From a virus (Duplodnaviria > Heunggongvirae > Uroviricota > Caudoviricetes): DNA of 10,186 nt. The notes under the pieces are model-generated. The model did no database searches and had not been told where the DNA came from. It saw only the letters and a list, made by a program, of their open reading frames with translations. The translations under genes and the position numbers were made by a program. Positions 6,138 to 10,186 of this stretch are shown here, one piece after another (positions within the stretch are counted from its first letter, which is position 1; each line of letters opens with the position of its first letter). The stretch lies in the IMG/VR virus record IMGVR_UViG_2695420380_000017, one strand, 5' to 3'.

Positions 6138-9062
6138 TATCCGGGTCGCTTTCAGCGCCGTTGACAGGCTGACCCGGCCTGCCGAAAACGCCCGCCGCCT
6201 GATGGGGCAGTTTGGTGACTCCATCCAGCGAACGCAGGGGGCGATCAAAAATCTCGAGCGTCAGGCGCGTTCATTTGAGCGCGCCCGTGACGCTGTCAGT
6301 AAAGCGGATGCGGGCATCGTGAAAGCACGACGCCAGCTTAACGCCCTTAATCAGTTACAACGCACGGGTACAGTGCTCAGCGAAAAACAACAAAAGCTGA
6401 TGCAGCAGTTAAGCACCCGGCTTGAACGCCTGAATGAATCGCGCACACGGGAAATTCAGAAAATGCGGGAACTTGGCGGAGAGCTGAAACGCCACGGCAT
6501 TTCCCTGACAGGCAGCGATAACACCATCCAGCAGGCCATCAGACGCACCGGACAATACAACAACCAGCTTGAACGCGAACGGCGGGCGCTTGCGCGTGTA
6601 ACGCAGGCGCGTGAGCGGTATTCACGCGCGCAGGAAACAGCGGGAAAACTGAAAACAGGTGGTGCGCTGGCAACAGGTGCGGCGGCAGCGGGCGGCTATG
6701 CTGCCGGGCGTTTTTTGCAGCCCGCTATCGGGTTCGGGAAAGAGATGTCCCGTGTTCAGGCACTGACGCGAATCGATAAAAACAGCCCGCAGTTTAAGGC
6801 GCTGCGTGAGCAGGCGTTAAAACTTGGCTCTGAAACGCAGTTCACCGCAGGCGATGCCGCCAGTGGACAGGCATTTCTTGCAATGGCTGGTTTCACACCG
6901 CAGGCCATTCAGGCTGCGCTTCCCGGCGTGCTGAGCATGGCAACGGCTGGCGGTATGGACCTCGGCGAGACGGCGGATATTGGTTCCAATATCCTGACGC
7001 AGTTCGGCCTCTCTGCTGACCAGATGGACCGGGTCGGTGACACACTTACCGCAGCGTTTACCCGTACCAACACTGACCTTCGCGCACTGGGCGAAACCAT
7101 GAAATATGCAGGTCCGGTGGCGGGTAAGCTGGGAATATCGCTGGAGCAGGCCGCAGCGATGGCGGGCGTGCTGGCGAAGATGGGTATCAGGGGGAGTGAT
7201 GCAGGTACAGCGTTGCGTAAAAGCCTGGCCAATCTGTCATCACCGCCAAAGGCAGCGGCAGAAGCACTGAAAGAGCTGGGGGTGTCAGTTGCTGACGCCA
7301 AAGGCAAAATGCGCCCGATGGAGAATGTGCTGGCCGATCTCTATAAAGCCACCCGCAAATACGGGGAGGTTGACCGGGTATCGTTCTTTAAGGACATTGC
7401 CGGAGAAGAGGCTTTCACATCATTTATGGGCCTCGTTGATGCGGCAGGTGACGGCTTCTTAGCCAAACTGAGAAAAGAACTTGAAGGCGCGCGCGGTGAG
7501 GCAGAACGCACGGCAAAGGTTATGGCCAATAACCTTGATGGCAACCTGAAATCACTCGGCAGTGCATGGGAAGGTCTGCGTATTCGCATCAGTGATCTGG
7601 TTGACGGTCCGCTGCGTTCTGTCACGCAGTGGCTCACGCGGGTTGTCTCAAAGGTGACGGCGCTGGCGCAGGCCCACCCGGCACTGACGCGCCAGTTACT
7701 GATAGCGGGAGGCGCACTGCTGGCGACAACAGCAACGGTTGGTTCGTTGTCTCTGGTTATTGGGGTGCTTCACGGGAAGCTGGCTACGTTGCGTCTCGGT
7801 TTTTCTCTCCTGACCGAATCAATGAATGTTGTCAGGGTTCTGCCTGCATTATGGGGAATGGTGACGGGTTCCGTTTCTTTACTTGGTGGCGCTATCGGGG
7901 CGCTGTTCAGTCCGGTTAGTCTTATCGTGGCTGCGCTTGCCGGAGCTGCCGTTCTTATCTGGAAATACTGGGATCCCATCAGGGCATTTTTTGCCGGGGT
8001 GTTCAGCGGGATTATGGAAAGGCTGACCCCGTTGCGCGAAACCTTTGAACGNNNNNNNNNNNNNNNNNNNNNNNNNNNNNNNNNNNNNNNNNNNNNNNNN
8101 NNNNNNNNNNNNNNNNNNNNNNNNNNNNNNNNNNNNNNNNNNNNNNNNNNNNNNNNNNNNNNNNNNNNNNNNNNNNNNNNNNNNNNNNNNNNNNNNNNNN
8201 NNNNNNNNNNNNNNNNNNNNNNNNNNNNNNNNNNNNNNNNNNNNNNNNNNNNNNNNNNNNNNNNNNNNNNNNNNNNNNNNNNNNNNNNNNNNNNNNNNNN
8301 NNNNNNNNNNNNNNNNNNNNNNNNNNNNNNNNNNNNNNNNNNNNNNNNNNNNNNNNNNNNNNNNNNNNNNNNNNNNNNNNNNNNNNNNNNNNNNNNNNNN
8401 NNNNNNNNNNNNNNNNNNNNNNNNNNNNNNNNNNNNNNNNNNNNNNNNNNNNNNNNNNNNNNNNNNNNNNNNNNNNNNNNNNNNNNNNNNNNNNNNNNNN
8501 NNNNNNNNNNNNNNNNNNNNNNNNNNNNNNNNNNNNNAAACCCAAAGACAACAAACCGCTCACANNNNNNNNNNNNNNNNNNNNNNNNNNNNNNNNNNNN
8601 NNNNNNNNNNNNNNNNNNNNNNNNNNNNNNNNNNNNNNNNNNNNNNNNNNNNNNNNNNNNNNNNNNNNNNNNNNNNNNNNNNNNNNNNNNNNNNNNNNNN
8701 NNNNNNNNNNNNNNNNNNNNNNNNNNNNNNNNNNNNNNNNNNNNNNNNNCAGTAAGCCTGCCCCCGCAATTAATATCACACCCGTGGTCCCGGCTCCGCT
8801 GCCTCCGGCGCTGGTCCCTGTTGTTGCGGCCAGCTCCCGCCCGGTGGCGGAGGCCATACGCTCTCCAGTGGCATCAGTTCCTGTAACTTCCCGTAACCGG
8901 GAGCCTGTTGCCTCCGGATTTGGTGGTGAAATTCATGTTCATCTGCATAACGTTGTTACGCAGAATCCCCGCGAACTGGCGAAACTGGTCGGTGAAATGG
9001 TCAGGGCAGAAATGGAACGGCGCGCCCGTGCCGGGCGTGGCAGTTTTTACGATAAAGATTGA
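6124..9062 (+). CDS. T: Tail tape measure protein (P2 gpT family), interrupted by two N runs; start may be 6115 or GTG 6088
   Basis: Long ORF between E' and U: coiled-coil-like Arg/Glu/Gln-rich N-terminus, Ala/Gly-rich middle, hydrophobic stretch LLIAGGALLATTATVGSLSLVIGVLHG. After the N runs the open frame (8751-9062) ends FYDKD* with TGA at 9060-9062 overlapping the U RBS. Reading frame before and after the N runs differs by one (see findings). Confidence 0.8.
8052..8537. other. Run of 486 N inside the tape measure gene
   Basis: Directly visible. Confidence 1.
8565..8749. other. Run of 185 N inside the tape measure gene, separated from the previous run by a 27-nt readable island (8538-8564)
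   Basis: Directly visible. Confidence 1.
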
Positions 9063-9068
9063 GGAGTC

Positions 9069-9563
9069 ATGGCCATGATGATGATCTACGGCATGTTTGT
9101 TTTTGAGCTGCGTACATTGCCGCATCAGCAGTTACAGCAAAACAAAAGCTGGCGGCATGTGAAAAATGAACGCGTTAACCGTTCGGCAAGCTGGCAGTAT
9201 ATCGGTGCAGGTGATGAGCGCATCGTTCTTTCTGGTGTGCTTTATCCTGAAATTACAGGTGGCGAAGTGTCGCTGTCGCTGCTGACCACGCAGGCGTATA
9301 CAGGACGACCCTGGCCTCTGATTGATGGCGTCGGGCAGATTTACGGCATGTATGTCCTGACCGAAACGAATACGACCCGCTCCGAGTTTGATCGCTACGG
9401 TAAGGCGAAAAAGATAGAATTTTCACTGACTCTTGAACGCTGTGATGAGGATTTGCGGGAGCGCCTGCAATCCTCATCGTTCAGCGATATGCTGTCCGGC
9501 TTCAAAGATAAGGTAACATCATCCCTTAACAGCGCGGCCAGTTCAGTTAAAGGGTTGTTCTGA
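9069..9563 (+). CDS. U: Tail protein U (P2 gpU family); true start may be ATG 9075 for better RBS spacing
   Basis: 164 aa; MMMIYGMFVFELRTLP resembles the P2 gpU N-terminus as recalled. GAGGAG at 9061-9066 and position immediately after T. Confidence 0.87.
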   Translation: MAMMMIYGMFVFELRTLPHQQLQQNKSWRHVKNERVNRSASWQYIGAGDERIVLSGVLYPEITGGEVSLSLLTTQAYTGRPWPLIDGVGQIYGMYVLTETNTTRSEFDRYGKAKKIEFSLTLERCDEDLRERLQSSSFSDMLSGFKDKVTSSLNSAASSVKGLF

Positions 9564-9574
9564 TTTAACACAAA

Positions 9575-9608
9575 AACCGCTAATGGTCAGATTAGCGGTT
9601 ATTTTGTT
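9575..9608. terminator. Bidirectional rho-independent terminator between U and the invertase
   Basis: Perfect 10-bp stem AACCGCTAAT (9575-9584) and ATTAGCGGTT (9591-9600) with 6-nt loop, A-run upstream and ATTTTGTTT downstream. The invertase stop codon lies in the right arm. Confidence 0.6.
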
Positions 9609-10186
9609 TCCTGACTCTTCTCTATTGTTCCGATTGATTCTCCTGCGGGGTGGTAACGATAAATCGTCGATATACCAATGCCGTAAATTATTGCCAGTTG
9701 TTTTCTGTCGTGCCCGTTTTTGATCAGCCTTGCTATTTGCTCATGCTGTTCTTTTGTCAGCTTCGGTCGACGTCCGCCTGTGCGCCCCCGTGCGCGTGCT
9801 GCCGCCAGTCCGGCCAGTGTACGTTCAACAATTAATTCACGTTCCATTTCAGCCAGGGCACCCATCACGTGGAAGAAAAAACGCCCCATTGGAGAAGATG
9901 TATCTATGCTGTCGGTCAGACTGCGAAAATTAATTCCTCGCTCCCGTAGTTCCCCGACGAGAGAAATCAGATGTTTCATGCTTCGCCCGAGGCGATCCAG
10001 TTTCCAGACAACCAGCGTGTCACCTTTTTGAAGGCGCTTTAAAGCGCGTTTTAATCCCGGTCGGTCTGTCTTTGTCCCGCTTAATTTATCTTCAAATATT
10101 TGTTCACATCCTGCACAAACAAGAGCGTTTCGTTGCAGGTCTGTATTCTGGTCATTTGTTGATACCCTTACATAGCCAATCAGCAC
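9599..10186 (-). CDS. Serine DNA invertase, Gin/Pin/Cin/Hin family (N-terminus coincides with the window edge)
   Basis: 195 aa; GYVRVSTNDQ (catalytic Ser), DRPGLKRAL, GDTLVVWKLDRLGRS, MGRFFFHVMGALAEMERELIVERT and C-terminal HTH GIGISTIYRY; almost identical to Gin/Pin as recalled. First codon in the window is GTG at 10184-10186, so the start is either this GTG or lies beyond the edge. Confidence 0.93.
   Translation of the reverse strand: MLIGYVRVSTNDQNTDLQRNALVCAGCEQIFEDKLSGTKTDRPGLKRALKRLQKGDTLVVWKLDRLGRSMKHLISLVGELRERGINFRSLTDSIDTSSPMGRFFFHVMGALAEMERELIVERTLAGLAAARARGRTGGRRPKLTKEQHEQIARLIKNGHDRKQLAIIYGIGISTIYRYHPAGESIGTIEKSQETK

Noticed and set aside
2548-8000. Many 60-140 aa ORFs antisense to or overlapping D, FI, FII, E and T (e.g. 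2548-2787, 3071-3286, 3746-4156, 4449-4790, 5404-5697, 5490-5870, 5895-6248, 6909-7307, 7341-7637, 7629-7919)
   Set aside because: Shadow ORFs expected in GC-rich coding DNA; no RBS or motif support, and each is fully explained by a strongly supported gene on the other strand or frame.
6088-8886. Track ORF for T ending at 8886 (932 aa read through the N runs)
   Set aside because: Its tail after the N runs (VSLPPQLISHPWSRLRCL...) is in the wrong frame; the frame ending at 9062 reads as a credible tape-measure C-terminus that overlaps the U RBS. The GTG at 6088 is also a less likely start than ATG 6124.
9571-9600. Possible gix/hix-like crossover site (AAACC ... GGTT) next to the invertase
   Set aside because: The AAACC and GGTT elements are 18 nt apart rather than flanking a 2-bp core, and the sequence is a perfect hairpin with T-run, so it is a terminator.
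9650-10031. Plus-strand ORFs inside the invertase gene (9650-9835, 9720-10031, 9730-9933)
   Set aside because: Antisense to a near-perfectly conserved serine recombinase; Arg/Pro/Ser-rich low-complexity translations.
1-10186. CRISPR arrays, tRNA, rRNA or IS elements
   Set aside because: No spaced direct repeats, no tRNA-like conserved arms and no transposase-like ORF or terminal inverted repeats in the readable sequence.

Overview
This window reads as the late/tail region of a P2-like (peduovirus-type) prophage in an enterobacterial-type genome. All family assignments are by-eye motif recognition from the translations; no searches were run. On the minus strand at low coordinates sit a Hok/Gef-type toxin with an overlapping mok-like frame (1-271), the late activator ogr (332-592), and tail gene D (2590-3699). 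Wedged between ogr and D is an AT-rich 586-codon cargo ORF with a PIN-like N-terminus (604-2364), which is the best candidate for an undescribed system, plausibly anti-phage defence. On the plus strand follow tail sheath FI, tail tube FII, chaperones E and E+E' (programmed -1 frameshift at T_TTT_TTG, 5919-5925), tape measure T and tail protein U. A bidirectional terminator and a Gin/Pin/Hin-family serine invertase (minus strand, running to the right window edge) close the window. The FI-to-U block is inverted relative to D/ogr compared with canonical P2 synteny. Three N runs (751-1064, 8052-8537, 8565-8749) are unreadable and interrupt the cargo ORF and T. No rRNA, tRNA or CRISPR array was seen.
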